This document shows positions 16,889-26,484 of a DNA stretch of 64,000 nucleotides, one piece after another. Each line of letters starts with the position of its first letter. Position 1 is the stretch's first letter. The translations under genes and the position numbers were made by a program. This stretch comes from an uncultured Planctomycetia bacterium (GTDB lineage: Bacteria > Omnitrophota > Gorgyraeia > 2-02-FULL-51-18). The notes beneath the pieces are model-generated. The model saw only the letters and a program-made list of their open reading frames with translations, did no database searches and was not told the DNA's origin. Where the stretch lies: contig CAZXLF010000005.1 in the NCBI GenBank assembly GCA_964642015.1, forward strand, positions 75,847-139,846. Reading direction: 5' to 3'.

Positions 16889-19800
16889 CAGCCTGAATTA
16901 CGCTGTATATCTAAAAGTAAATAATAAACCTCTCTTAACCTTTCCGCAAAATCTTGGCAATTATTCTTTTCTTTTCCATCCAATCCAAACAACGAAAAGT
17001 CTCCGGTTCTCACGATTTTCAAGGCCTCTCTCATAACATCATCGTTATAATGCCTGTTGTCTGTTCTCTCGTATTGAGATGGGTCTTCGTTGTAAAAAAG
17101 ACCGTTCGGTCCGAAGCCAACATTTGATGGTTGTCTTCCATCTTCAAAAAATCCTTGTTCATGACTCAATTCAATATTGTTCCAATCTAAAACGTCATTG
17201 TTAATTGCAATTGGAACATCGCTCAATTTTCTTTTGGCAAAATAAAATAAACCAAATGGGTCAATAAAGCTAGTCGGGTTGTTTTTTACATATATAAAGA
17301 AATTAACGCCCCCTATAAATTTTGCTGGGTCTTCAGTAATAAACCTCCCTACAGATGGATTATAGTATCTATTCCTGTAGTAATAAAGGTTCGTTTCATT
17401 ATCCCACTGTCTTCCCGTGAACTGGAACTCATTATTCACAGAGCCTGTCTTGGATCTTGTATCTCCGAATACATCGTACGTATAGGTGCCGACAGATGTG
17501 CCGCTCAAGTTCGTGAGCATGCTCACAGACCCTAGGCCGTCGTAGATATAATAGGTATCCTGCGCTCCGGTACGCAGCGAAAGGGTCTCATCTATCCTCG
17601 GCCCATGGATATAAGACCTCTGAATATTGTCGGCGCTATTGGTCTCAAAGAGCGTCTCGAAGCCGTCGTAGTAGGTCCTTGTGACCTTGGTATTGACGCT
17701 CTTTTCTACCCTTCTCCCCAGCCCATCATAGGTATAGGTATCGGTATTGGTGCCTTGAGTGGCTTGTTTCAAGCGGTTCTCAAAGTCATAGGTGTAGTTT
17801 CTTGTGACAGCGTTGTTGGTGTTCTTCTCAGAGATCAGATCCCCGTTGGCGTCGTAAGAATAGAGTTTATTTTTGGAGGTGAGGAGACGGTTGGCGGCAT
17901 CATAGGTGTAAGTGTCGGATACTTTGCCGTTCTTCTTTAAAGTAAGACGATTGCCGACACCGTCATAGCTATATTCGAGCTTTGTTCCCGCGGGATAAAC
18001 CACAGAAGTAAGTCTATAGTCATTGTCGTAGGTGTAAGTGTGTGTGCCTTCATTATCCATCAAGGACAGTCTGTTGCCTACGCTGTCATAAGCATAGGAG
18101 AAGCTCGCGGTATTGAGATTTGAGCTTGTGTTTTTGTAGATGAGACTGGTGAGTCTATTGGCATTGTCGTAGGCATAGGCGGCTTGGATATTATTCGGAT
18201 AAGTAAGCAGCGTTCTCCTGCCTCCCGCATCATAGGCATAATTAAATACCTGGTTCTTCGGCGTCGTGAGAGACGTAAGCCGGTTCATGACGTCATAGGC
18301 ATATGTAGTCGTCCCGACGGTTGAAACCATCGTAGCTGTGTTCCCCACCGCATCATAGGTATACGACATTGTCTTGCCTTTCGGGAAAGTCACCTGGGAA
18401 AGCCGATTGAGCTTGTCATAAACATACTGTGTAAGTCCTGTGGCATCGGACATCGAGGCAAGATTTCCCGCGGCGTCGTAAACATTCGTCACAGTGGACG
18501 CGTCGGGATAAGTCGTCGCAAGAAGCCGGTTCACGGCGTCATAAGAATAACTTGTTTTATTTCCATTGGCGTCTGTTCTTGAAATAAGATTGCCCACGTT
18601 ATCGTAAGCGAATTTTGTGATGTTACCCAACGCGTCCTGCTCGCTGACCTTTCTGTCAAAAGCATCGTAGACGAATGTGGTAAGACCGCTGTTAGCGTCC
18701 TTGACGCTCAAAAGATTTCCGACATTATCATAGGTAAGCGTCGTGATAGCGCCCATAGGATCTTTGCTTGTGATCAACCGGTCAAGCGCATCATAAGTAA
18801 AAACGCTTTGATTGTTATCCGCGTCCGTCACCGAAAGCACATTTCCGTGAGCATCATACGTGAACGTCGTGACGTGATTCATCGCATCGGTGATCGTCGA
18901 AGGGTGGCTGGAAGCATTGACATTGCCCTGGTCCGAGCATGAACTGCATCCGCTGTCTCCGGATCCAAGCGGCGCGCCGTAAGCGAATTTCGTCATGTTG
19001 CCGTTGGGATCCGTCACGCTAAGAAGACGGTCATCATCGTCATAAGTCATATTGGTGGATGAGCCGTTGGCGAACTGGATCTTCAATATCCTATCACCGG
19101 CGTCATACGTAAAAGCAGTCGTTCTACCCAGAGTGTTCGTGACCGAAAGAAGCCGGCCGACGACATCATAGTTGAAGCTTGTGGTGTTCCCCAGGGCATC
19201 TGTCTGAGACACGAGATTCCCATAACCGTCATAAGCGTAGGACGTCGTATTGCCCAAAGGATCAGTCTGAGTTAGAAGCTCATCCAGATTATTATAGGTA
19301 GAAGTCGTGATGTGTCCCGAAGCATCTGTCAGTTTGGTGACATTTCCGTGGGAGTCGAAATCACGGCTCGTGACATGACCATTGCGGTCTGTTATCGACT
19401 GCCAGAAATTATAAGAGCTGTTATAAGAATAGGCCGTGATGTTGCCAGAAGAATCGGTATTCTGATTAAGGTTCTGATCTGAACCATAAGCCAAGGTCGT
19501 CGCCCTCCCTAACGCATCTGTCTTCTGTGTCATGAGGTTCGTATTGGGATCATAAGAATATTTCCACACACCACCCGTGGGATCCAAAGCTAGCGTGCCA
19601 AGACCGATCTTAAAATATTCGTAACTCCAATTATTTTTCAGCTGATCGGTCATCGTCGAAGTGCCGAGCAAATTGTTATAAGAAAATTGAATCGTGGAGC
19701 CGTCGGGCTTGACTTCTTTGATCACCTGGTCAGTACTATTGTAAGTATAGTTGGTGGCATAGCCCATCGCGTCCGTCACAGTTGTGATATTATGCGGATC

Positions 19801-20685
19801 AAACGGATCAGTGTAGCTATAATTAACTTTTCTATTTAATGGATCTTTGACCGAGATCAAATTGTTCAATAAATTATCGTAATTATAAGTCCAGATTCGG
19901 TTCAACGGATCGGTCATCTGGCTTATTTTGCCGTTGGAGCCATAAGTGAAATTCAAGCTTCGTCCTAAGTCATCGCTGATGGAATTTTTGAAGCCGTTCG
20001 CATCATAACTAAATTTGATCGAATGCCCGCTTCGGTCGCTTATAGAAGTAAGACGTGTGATAAAATTTTGATCGAAATGGTAGGTCGTTCCATGAGGTTT
20101 TGCGTAAGCAAAAGTTCCTTGGAGCGGATCCCCTCCTGTCGAATACCACGAGACATTTCTTTGGCCATCTGTAAAAACCACCGGACCCGGAACGATCTGC
20201 GTATCGGTCAACAATAGAAAAGTAAGGAGTGAGCTGTCTTGATCCCTTACGGTCACCGATGAGCCAGCTTTCATGGTTCCGCTGATCACAATAAAATTTG
20301 TGATAAGTTCAATATCAAGTGTTGAAGTCCAACCCGCGCCGAATACGCCGCTAAAACCGATCTGATTCGAATAACTGCGGATCAGCTGAAGCGAAAAACC
20401 ATTTCTTGATGTGCCGGGTCCCGGGATCTTGACATCTGTCACAGGAATGTAGAGCTTGCCGCCGGTAAGCAGTACCGGATCTACAGGGCAAGTGGTATCA
20501 ACCGGAGGGTTAAAACAATTTGGACAAGACGGAGGGCAATCTTTAAGATTATAAGGTTGAGCAGTAGTAAAAGAAGTGGCGGTAGGGCAACCAGCGGGCG
20601 GTGATTGATTGGCCATCGCAAAATTCTGCAGGCCGAATGTCAGAACACAAAGAAAGCTGATGAACTTAAGGGAACGGTTTTTCAT
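16888..20685 (-). CDS. rhs: Rhs/YD-repeat polymorphic toxin with a Sec signal peptide and a variable C-terminal toxin domain.
   Basis: Signal peptide MKNRSLKFISFLCVLTFGLQNFAMA. Dozens of YD repeats (YTYDAHGNVLSVTD, YDALDRLITSKD...). The Rhs core end reads YYNPSVGRFITEDPAKFIGGVNFFIYVKNNPTSFIDPFGL, followed by a 116-aa tip. Confidence 0.9.
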   Translation of the reverse strand: MKNRSLKFISFLCVLTFGLQNFAMANQSPPAGCPTATSFTTAQPYNLKDCPPSCPNCFNPPVDTTCPVDPVLLTGGKLYIPVTDVKIPGPGTSRNGFSLQLIRSYSNQIGFSGVFGAGWTSTLDIELITNFIVISGTMKAGSSVTVRDQDSSLLTFLLLTDTQIVPGPVVFTDGQRNVSWYSTGGDPLQGTFAYAKPHGTTYHFDQNFITRLTSISDRSGHSIKFSYDANGFKNSISDDLGRSLNFTYGSNGKISQMTDPLNRIWTYNYDNLLNNLISVKDPLNRKVNYSYTDPFDPHNITTVTDAMGYATNYTYNSTDQVIKEVKPDGSTIQFSYNNLLGTSTMTDQLKNNWSYEYFKIGLGTLALDPTGGVWKYSYDPNTNLMTQKTDALGRATTLAYGSDQNLNQNTDSSGNITAYSYNSSYNFWQSITDRNGHVTSRDFDSHGNVTKLTDASGHITTSTYNNLDELLTQTDPLGNTTSYAYDGYGNLVSQTDALGNTTSFNYDVVGRLLSVTNTLGRTTAFTYDAGDRILKIQFANGSSTNMTYDDDDRLLSVTDPNGNMTKFAYGAPLGSGDSGCSSCSDQGNVNASSHPSTITDAMNHVTTFTYDAHGNVLSVTDADNNQSVFTYDALDRLITSKDPMGAITTLTYDNVGNLLSVKDANSGLTTFVYDAFDRKVSEQDALGNITKFAYDNVGNLISRTDANGNKTSYSYDAVNRLLATTYPDASTVTNVYDAAGNLASMSDATGLTQYVYDKLNRLSQVTFPKGKTMSYTYDAVGNTATMVSTVGTTTYAYDVMNRLTSLTTPKNQVFNYAYDAGGRRTLLTYPNNIQAAYAYDNANRLTSLIYKNTSSNLNTASFSYAYDSVGNRLSLMDNEGTHTYTYDNDYRLTSVVYPAGTKLEYSYDGVGNRLTLKKNGKVSDTYTYDAANRLLTSKNKLYSYDANGDLISEKNTNNAVTRNYTYDFENRLKQATQGTNTDTYTYDGLGRRVEKSVNTKVTRTYYDGFETLFETNSADNIQRSYIHGPRIDETLSLRTGAQDTYYIYDGLGSVSMLTNLSGTSVGTYTYDVFGDTRSKTGSVNNEFQFTGRQWDNETNLYYYRNRYYNPSVGRFITEDPAKFIGGVNFFIYVKNNPTSFIDPFGLFYFAKRKLSDVPIAINNDVLDWNNIELSHEQGFFEDGRQPSNVGFGPNGLFYNEDPSQYERTDNRHYNDDVMREALKIVRTGDFSLFGLDGKEKNNCQDFAERLREVYYLLLDIQRNSG

Positions 20686-21891
20686 TTAAAAGCCCTCCGC
20701 GGACTGCAAGGCATCGGGATTGTTCTTCAAGATAGCTTTGTACCTTTGGATCGTTCTCAAAGATTCTTGGGCTTCCTCGTATCGCTTTTCACTCAAAAAG
20801 TCGTCTTGTTTGACGCTTGAAAATTCCTGTTCGGATCTGTCGAGGTCCCTTAGATAAAAATAGATCCTTCCTTTCCTAAGATGCGCTTCTGAAGAATAAC
20901 CTTTTATCTGGGACGCCTGGTCAAGCAATGCGAGAGCTTCTTTTGGTTTCTTGAGATCGTAGTCGATATCGGCCATCTCCATCATGATCTCAGCGGTCAT
21001 CTTGCCATCTTTTAGAGCATTGTCAGCGTAATTAAGCGCTTGCTGAAGCCGGTCCGTCAGCGTGTAATCATTGCGAAAAGATTGGATGACCTTCACGGGA
21101 TTAAAATCCGCCTCGAACATTTCCCGCGCTTTGGCGAATTGATGAAGCTGCGAATAAAGATCGCCTAAGCCATTCTTATCGTTTACTTGAGTAAAATAGG
21201 CTTCTGCTTTCTTAAAATCCCCTTGCGCCATCGCAACATAACCGAGTCCTGAAACATCATGGGCTTTCTGGAAATAGACGGCGGCTTTTTCGTAGTGTCT
21301 CACGGCCAGGAACACAAGTCCCATACCGCTGTCATCTTTCGCCAAAGTGAAATTGCGCGTCGCCGCGTCAAAATCTTTTTCTTTTAACGCGGTCAGGCCG
21401 AGGCCTGTATAATCCTGGATCCTCTGGAAACAATTTTTGGCCTCTTTTGTGTTATTTTTGGCAAGCGCGATAAGACCCAAGCCCGACCAATCATTGGCTT
21501 TTGAAAAAGCGTCCCGCGCATTTTGCTCATCCTTGAGCGCTAAGTAGGTAAGGCCGAGGCCGCGGTTGTCATTCTTTAAAAGAAAGTGTTTTAGAGCTTC
21601 TTGATATTCACGCCTTTTCAGTCTACAAAGCCCCAGCCCTGAAAGGTCATTGGCCTTTAAAAAGTGGCTCTCCGCTTCATAGGGTTTATTTTGGGCGAGC
21701 ATGACCAGGCCGGCGCCTGATTCATTCCCTATTTTAGAATAAAGCTCCAGCGCTTCATTGAATTGATGCTTGGTGAACGCCAAATACGCGCGTGTCTCCT
21801 CTCCCCCTTCAAAGCCCAGCACGAACGCGGTAGAAATAATAAGCGATATCAAAAAGATCAATTTCAATCGTGGTCTATTCATGGCGCGCAC
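20686..21891 (-). CDS. Secreted TPR-like repeat protein (seven roughly 34-aa repeats, each containing SGLGL/TGLGL).
   Basis: Signal peptide. The repeat pattern is F.KAND.SGLGL.AL....Y..A...F. Its stop abuts the rhs start. Confidence 0.7.
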   Translation of the reverse strand: MRAMNRPRLKLIFLISLIISTAFVLGFEGGEETRAYLAFTKHQFNEALELYSKIGNESGAGLVMLAQNKPYEAESHFLKANDLSGLGLCRLKRREYQEALKHFLLKNDNRGLGLTYLALKDEQNARDAFSKANDWSGLGLIALAKNNTKEAKNCFQRIQDYTGLGLTALKEKDFDAATRNFTLAKDDSGMGLVFLAVRHYEKAAVYFQKAHDVSGLGYVAMAQGDFKKAEAYFTQVNDKNGLGDLYSQLHQFAKAREMFEADFNPVKVIQSFRNDYTLTDRLQQALNYADNALKDGKMTAEIMMEMADIDYDLKKPKEALALLDQASQIKGYSSEAHLRKGRIYFYLRDLDRSEQEFSSVKQDDFLSEKRYEEAQESLRTIQRYKAILKNNPDALQSAEGF

Positions 21892-21947
21892 CTTTCATTT
21901 GGTCTTTCGTAAATGATACCTGACGATCCTGTGAGTGTCAATTATTA

Positions 21948-21964
21948 TTTGATAATTTATCAAA
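21948..21964. promoter_or_regulatory. 17-nt perfect palindrome TTTGATAA-T-TTATCAAA (operator-like) upstream of the TPR-rhs operon, with an extra half-site TTTATCAAAG at 21978-21987.
   Basis: Seen directly in the AT-rich 100-nt gap between the GT2 stop and the TPR start. Confidence 0.35.
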
Positions 21965-21990
21965 TTTATATTACAACTTTATCAAAGTTT

Positions 21991-23751
21991 TTATATGCGT
22001 TGGGACCAGCACATCCAAAGGTCCAGACTCACCAACACAAAGATCAATGTCCCGATCAGAAAAGGGATCGCCGTAAAAGGCTTGATCCATCCTTTCCATC
22101 CGGTGCGATAGAACAACGGGCTTAAGACCATCGCCGCGGCAGGCGCCATGAACCACAGGTTCTTTGTTTGAACGCCCAGCGCAAAAAGAACCAGCCCCAT
22201 CAATACTTCACTAAGGAAAACAGCCCCGCTATTAGGGTGAAATGAAAAGAATTTTGCGATCAGATCCTGCCGCTCTTTCGCGGCTGAATGACTGTGAGTG
22301 TTCCTGAAAACGGCCTTCCCGGTCAAAAGAAAAACGATGACAGCGGAAGCCTCGGTGACCAAAGAACCCATAAAAACAAAATTAGACAAAGCCAGATATT
22401 GAAATAACCGGACTGGCTTTTTATAAAGGTCAATGATCGCCGGAATAGTCGGAGCTAAGATCGATAATGCCATCATGAAATAAAAATCAAGCGACCAAAA
22501 TATATGGTAACGGATATGGATCAGGTACTCAAACACCGATTTGCCCTGAGGCACCGGCATTAAAAGAAAAGATCCGGGATATCTGAAATTTGAATAATAG
22601 GTCGGCATCAACGTCCCAAGCATCAAAAGGAATAAAAGCATGATCGACGTTTGATAATGGCTACAAGCTGAAATAATGACGTCCATCTTTTCAAACCAGG
22701 GAATATGACGCGCTCTAAAGAAGCTCGCATAGCCCTTTTTAATGAATTCACTTGTAGCCGTGATCCATTTTTCCGTTCGGATCCTTAGTCGTCCGTAAGT
22801 CGGCGGAAAATCTTCTGAGCAAGTAACACGCTCCGTGTAAATCCCCCGGTAGCCCAATTCCCTTGCCTTTGCCGCGAACGCGAGGTCCTCAGCTACGAGC
22901 TCCGGAAAACCGCCCATTTTCTGCCACACTTCTGTTTTGATAAGAGCGCCATGACCATAGAACATCACAAACCCGAAGCGGTTCTTAGTTTTCACGAAAT
23001 AGCGGTAATGTTGACTGACCATGGGGCCCATCGCTTGGCCGAACGGATCTTTTTGGAAAGGATCATGTTCTTGGGCGGTTTGTATAAAGGCTGCGTCGGG
23101 ATAAGCTTTAAAATAAGGCAGAAGAGATCCGATAAATTTCTTCGGCAGAGGCCCATCCGAATCGCAGACCGCAAAGAAAGGATATTCATGTTGTATTTGG
23201 CGGAGCGCATGATTTAAATTACCTGCTTTAAATGCCCTCCGGTCCGGTCTTCGTATGACCGTCACATTGTGAGGATACTTTTTGGACCACTGATCGACTT
23301 CTAAGCAATATTCCGGCAAAGTGCTGTCATCAAGAATGAAAATATGAAAATTCGGGTAATCAAGATCCAGATAAGTTTCTACGGCCTCTTTCCTGAAATC
23401 ATTGCGTGTCGTGTATAAAATAGCGGTCTTTGGAAAATCAGTGAGTGACGGCAGATCGGGTTCGAAAGTTTGACGTCGAAGCCATAAAGAGGCCAAGATC
23501 ATCGTTGTGTTATAGATCGCATATAACCAAAAAATATCTAAGCATAAAACAAAGATCACGACACATATTCTGGCAAGAAAATTAGGCGCGGCGTAAGTAA
23601 GCGCAAAAAGTCTTGGATCAAAATATAAGATAGCGCACAGCCAGCAAATGATGATCCAAAGAAATACCGGCTCATCTTTCTTTTCATCGAGCAAGATCGA
23701 TTCAGTTCGTTGGGTCAAGTAAATCGGTTTTGTTAAAGTATAGTTATTCAT
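21991..23751 (-). CDS. GT2-family membrane glycosyltransferase (processive, cellulose/chitin-synthase-like).
   Basis: Multiple TM segments. DSD (DXD) and TED...R..RW-like motifs. 586 aa. Confidence 0.8.
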   Translation of the reverse strand: MNNYTLTKPIYLTQRTESILLDEKKDEPVFLWIIICWLCAILYFDPRLFALTYAAPNFLARICVVIFVLCLDIFWLYAIYNTTMILASLWLRRQTFEPDLPSLTDFPKTAILYTTRNDFRKEAVETYLDLDYPNFHIFILDDSTLPEYCLEVDQWSKKYPHNVTVIRRPDRRAFKAGNLNHALRQIQHEYPFFAVCDSDGPLPKKFIGSLLPYFKAYPDAAFIQTAQEHDPFQKDPFGQAMGPMVSQHYRYFVKTKNRFGFVMFYGHGALIKTEVWQKMGGFPELVAEDLAFAAKARELGYRGIYTERVTCSEDFPPTYGRLRIRTEKWITATSEFIKKGYASFFRARHIPWFEKMDVIISACSHYQTSIMLLFLLMLGTLMPTYYSNFRYPGSFLLMPVPQGKSVFEYLIHIRYHIFWSLDFYFMMALSILAPTIPAIIDLYKKPVRLFQYLALSNFVFMGSLVTEASAVIVFLLTGKAVFRNTHSHSAAKERQDLIAKFFSFHPNSGAVFLSEVLMGLVLFALGVQTKNLWFMAPAAAMVLSPLFYRTGWKGWIKPFTAIPFLIGTLIFVLVSLDLWMCWSQRI

Positions 23752-23810
23752 TGCGTTCTAAACAGTGGCGGTGAGCGACTTATTAAAAACTTTACAATTT
23801 ATCCATTGAT

Positions 23811-23848
23811 CAAAAATAAAAAATGGCTTGCTATCATTAAAGCAAGCC
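23811..23848 (-). terminator. Rho-independent terminator downstream of tRNA-Ser(GCU).
   Basis: 8-bp perfect stem GGCTTGCT/AGCAAGCC with an 8-nt loop. On the minus strand it is followed by ATTTTTTATTTTTG. Confidence 0.6.
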
Positions 23849-24076
23849 ACTGGGTGGAATTTTGCTTGTTCCATATATTCCTTAACTGTACAACATCTGA
23901 GAAGTGTACTGAGCGATCTTGTATTTGTCAATAGACGAATTGATTTTTTCTCAAATTTTTATCTTAAATCCAAATATAAATCACTAATAATTACCAATGG
24001 TTAACTACACAGAGACCGGGACTTATTCATTTTTAAAAAGAAAAATCCCTTGAATAAAACCCAAGGAGTAAATCAA

Positions 24077-24165
24077 CGGAGAGACTGGGATTCGAACCCA
24101 GGGACCCGTTTTACCAGGTCAACCACTTAGCAGGCGGTTGCATTCGGCCTCTCTGCCATCTCTCC
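24077..24165 (-). tRNA. tRNA-Ser(GCU).
   Basis: Manually folded. Acceptor GGAGAGA/TCTCTCC. Anticodon loop CUGCUAA. Long variable arm. T-arm CTGGG-TTCGAAT-CCCAG. CCA is not encoded. Confidence 0.9.
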
Positions 24166-24303
24166 AAAACTCGTCGTCATCCTGAGCGAAGCGAAGCCCG
24201 CCTGCCGGTCGGGCAGGGATCTCATGATGAGATTCTTCGTCACCTCGTTACTCAGAATGATATGAAGCTAAATCATATCGATTCGGTGGAATTGGTTCAA
24301 TCT

Positions 24304-25086
24304 TTATTTATTGCGTTCTTGAAGGCTTCGAACAATGCGAGTCACAAGCCTTCTAGGACTAAGTCTGACTGAAAAAGCAGCAATTTTATTCTTGATACCC
24401 GGAATTACAAGCGGCTTACCCTTCATCAGCCCACGATAAGCTTCTTTGGCGACGGTTTCAGCGTCCATCATTAAACCGCTATGCACGATCCGCGTACCCT
24501 CAATATCGGCTCTTTTTTGAAAATCTGTCTTCGTCGGGCCGGGACACAACGCGGTCACCGTCACACCGGTTCCCTGAAACTCGTTCGAAAGCGCTTCTGA
24601 AAACGACAACACATAAGCCTTTGAGGCATAATACACCGCCATCAGCGGACCCGGCTGAAAAGCGGCCGTTGACGCCACATTCAGGATCTTCCCATAAGTA
24701 TTTTGGACCATGTCAGGCAAGAACAATTTAGTTAGGTGGGTCAGTGATGCAATATTAAGCCGGATCATTTGCAGTTCCGTTTCAATATCCGTATGCAAAA
24801 AATACCCGTAATTTCCAAATCCTGCGTTGTTGACCAAAATATCGATGGGATGCGAGGAATTTTTAAGCTCTTTATAAATTTGATCCGGGGCGGCTGGATC
24901 CACAAGATCCTTAGCGATCACTTTCACAAGCACACCGTATCTTTTTTCAAATTCTTCTTTTAGATTGGAAAGTTTATCCGCGTTTCTGGCGACTAGCACG
25001 AGTCCGTAACCATCCTTCGCGAAAAGTTTGGCCAATTCATAACCGATACCGCTTGTAGGGCCCGTGATCAAGACTGTTTTATTCAT
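24304..25086 (-). CDS. SDR-family short-chain dehydrogenase/reductase.
   Basis: TGPTSGIG Rossmann motif, NNAG, and YASKAY (YxxxK). Confidence 0.85.
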   Translation of the reverse strand: MNKTVLITGPTSGIGYELAKLFAKDGYGLVLVARNADKLSNLKEEFEKRYGVLVKVIAKDLVDPAAPDQIYKELKNSSHPIDILVNNAGFGNYGYFLHTDIETELQMIRLNIASLTHLTKLFLPDMVQNTYGKILNVASTAAFQPGPLMAVYYASKAYVLSFSEALSNEFQGTGVTVTALCPGPTKTDFQKRADIEGTRIVHSGLMMDAETVAKEAYRGLMKGKPLVIPGIKNKIAAFSVRLSPRRLVTRIVRSLQERNK

Positions 25087-26285
25087 AAAACCGCTTTCCT
25101 ATATTTTAAACCATAAAGTGTAAACACCATGATCACCGCTCCAATCGTCACGAGCGAGAACACTTCGAATTTATATTGCAAATTCCTGCCGACAACCGAT
25201 TGACTTCCAATGCTCGTCAGTATAAACACGCATGCGGTTAAAAAAAGCGCCCGGTAATCAAGCTTATTCTTCAAAAAGTAATAAACGACCACCATGTAAG
25301 CCACAACGATCAACGCGTAATTGAACGCCCAAGCGTTCGGGTTAAAAAGCGCCATGCCTACAAAAAGCATAGCGTATTCGATAATATCGAGACGCGATGA
25401 TGGCTCCGGTCTTGGAAAGATCATCGCCACATAAATCAATACCCCTAATACTATACTAACTATTAACGTATTATGAAATGACCAAAAAGATAAACTATGC
25501 ATGACCGGATCGTAAGGAGAATCTTTCATGAAAGTGCGTAAAATGAACGAATATAATGATTGGTTCTTATAGTCCGTCCACGATCCTTTATCCAGCGAAG
25601 TCGAGCTTATCGACGGAAGCCACTGAGTCAAGTAGCCTACCTCTTTATTGAGACCGACATAAAGCGAAGGAAGCAAACAATAAAACGCGGCGAATATCAG
25701 CGTATACGACACGATCTTAAATCGACGTTTGATCAAAAAATAAGGGATAAAAATAAAAGACATATATTTAAACATCATCGATAAGGCAAGAAGCGCCGCT
25801 CCAAAAAGATCATTGCCTTTTTCAAAACTATAGATCGCCGATACCACCAAAGCTGTCATCAAAAAACTAACCTGTCCCGAATCGAAAACGCCTAATATAA
25901 AGCGAAAACTCAAAAGCACCGGCACAACATAAAGCCATGTATTTTGACTGAAGTTCGATTCTTCCTTCACAAGCAATTTCTTAAAAAAAATGAGTACGAT
26001 CACGAATGAAATAAAACTCATCGTAAAAAAGATCGCATCCGCGCGCTTTAAAGAAAATAAAGAAAGAGGGCTGATCAAAAATGCGAACATCGGCGAATAT
26101 TTAAAAGGCGTGATCGTTTCATCAGGTCGACCGTAGATATCGCCTTTTTCGGCGAAACGCTGTGCTGTCGTGTAGTAAACCTGAAAATCAGTGCCTCGGT
26201 GAGAAGTTCGGTCAATATGCCGAAGAAGGAATACGGTGAAGCCGATCCCTATCAGAAACCAAATGATATGTTTTCTTTTGATCAA
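25083..26285 (-). CDS. Polytopic membrane protein, DUF2029/GT87-like glycosyltransferase.
   Basis: Roughly 10 TM helices. N-terminal DFQVYY...[15 protein letters not shown] pattern. Confidence 0.5.
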   Translation of the reverse strand: MIKRKHIIWFLIGIGFTVFLLRHIDRTSHRGTDFQVYYTTAQRFAEKGDIYGRPDETITPFKYSPMFAFLISPLSLFSLKRADAIFFTMSFISFVIVLIFFKKLLVKEESNFSQNTWLYVVPVLLSFRFILGVFDSGQVSFLMTALVVSAIYSFEKGNDLFGAALLALSMMFKYMSFIFIPYFLIKRRFKIVSYTLIFAAFYCLLPSLYVGLNKEVGYLTQWLPSISSTSLDKGSWTDYKNQSLYSFILRTFMKDSPYDPVMHSLSFWSFHNTLIVSIVLGVLIYVAMIFPRPEPSSRLDIIEYAMLFVGMALFNPNAWAFNYALIVVAYMVVVYYFLKNKLDYRALFLTACVFILTSIGSQSVVGRNLQYKFEVFSLVTIGAVIMVFTLYGLKYRKAVL

Positions 26286-26306
26286 TACAGCTTGCCCTTA
26301 AAAATC

Positions 26307-26394
26307 TGGCGGAGAGGGTAGGATTCGAACCCACGGTACCTTTCGGTACAACGGTTTTCAAGACCGTCGCAATCGACCACTCTGCCACCTCTCC
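26307..26394 (-). tRNA. tRNA-Ser(UGA).
   Basis: Manually folded. Acceptor GGAGAGG. Anticodon loop CUUGAAA. Long variable arm. T-arm GTGGG-TTCGAAT-CCTAC. CCA is encoded. Confidence 0.9.
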
Positions 26395-26484
26395 ATAAAA
26401 TCAGAAGACAGAATACAGTAAACAAAATTCAGGAAAAATAGAAAACTTCAGTCCTCTTCCTGTCTACGGTCTACTGTCTGCTCT

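Noticed and set aside
24166-24303. Hairpins between the SDR gene and tRNA-Ser(GCU) (ATCTCAT-G-ATGAGAT, CCTGCC-ggtcg-GGCAGG, GCGAAGCGAAG).
   Set aside because: They are probably tRNA 5'-leader processing structures or an SDR terminator. There is no U-tract after them, and there is nothing to assign confidently.
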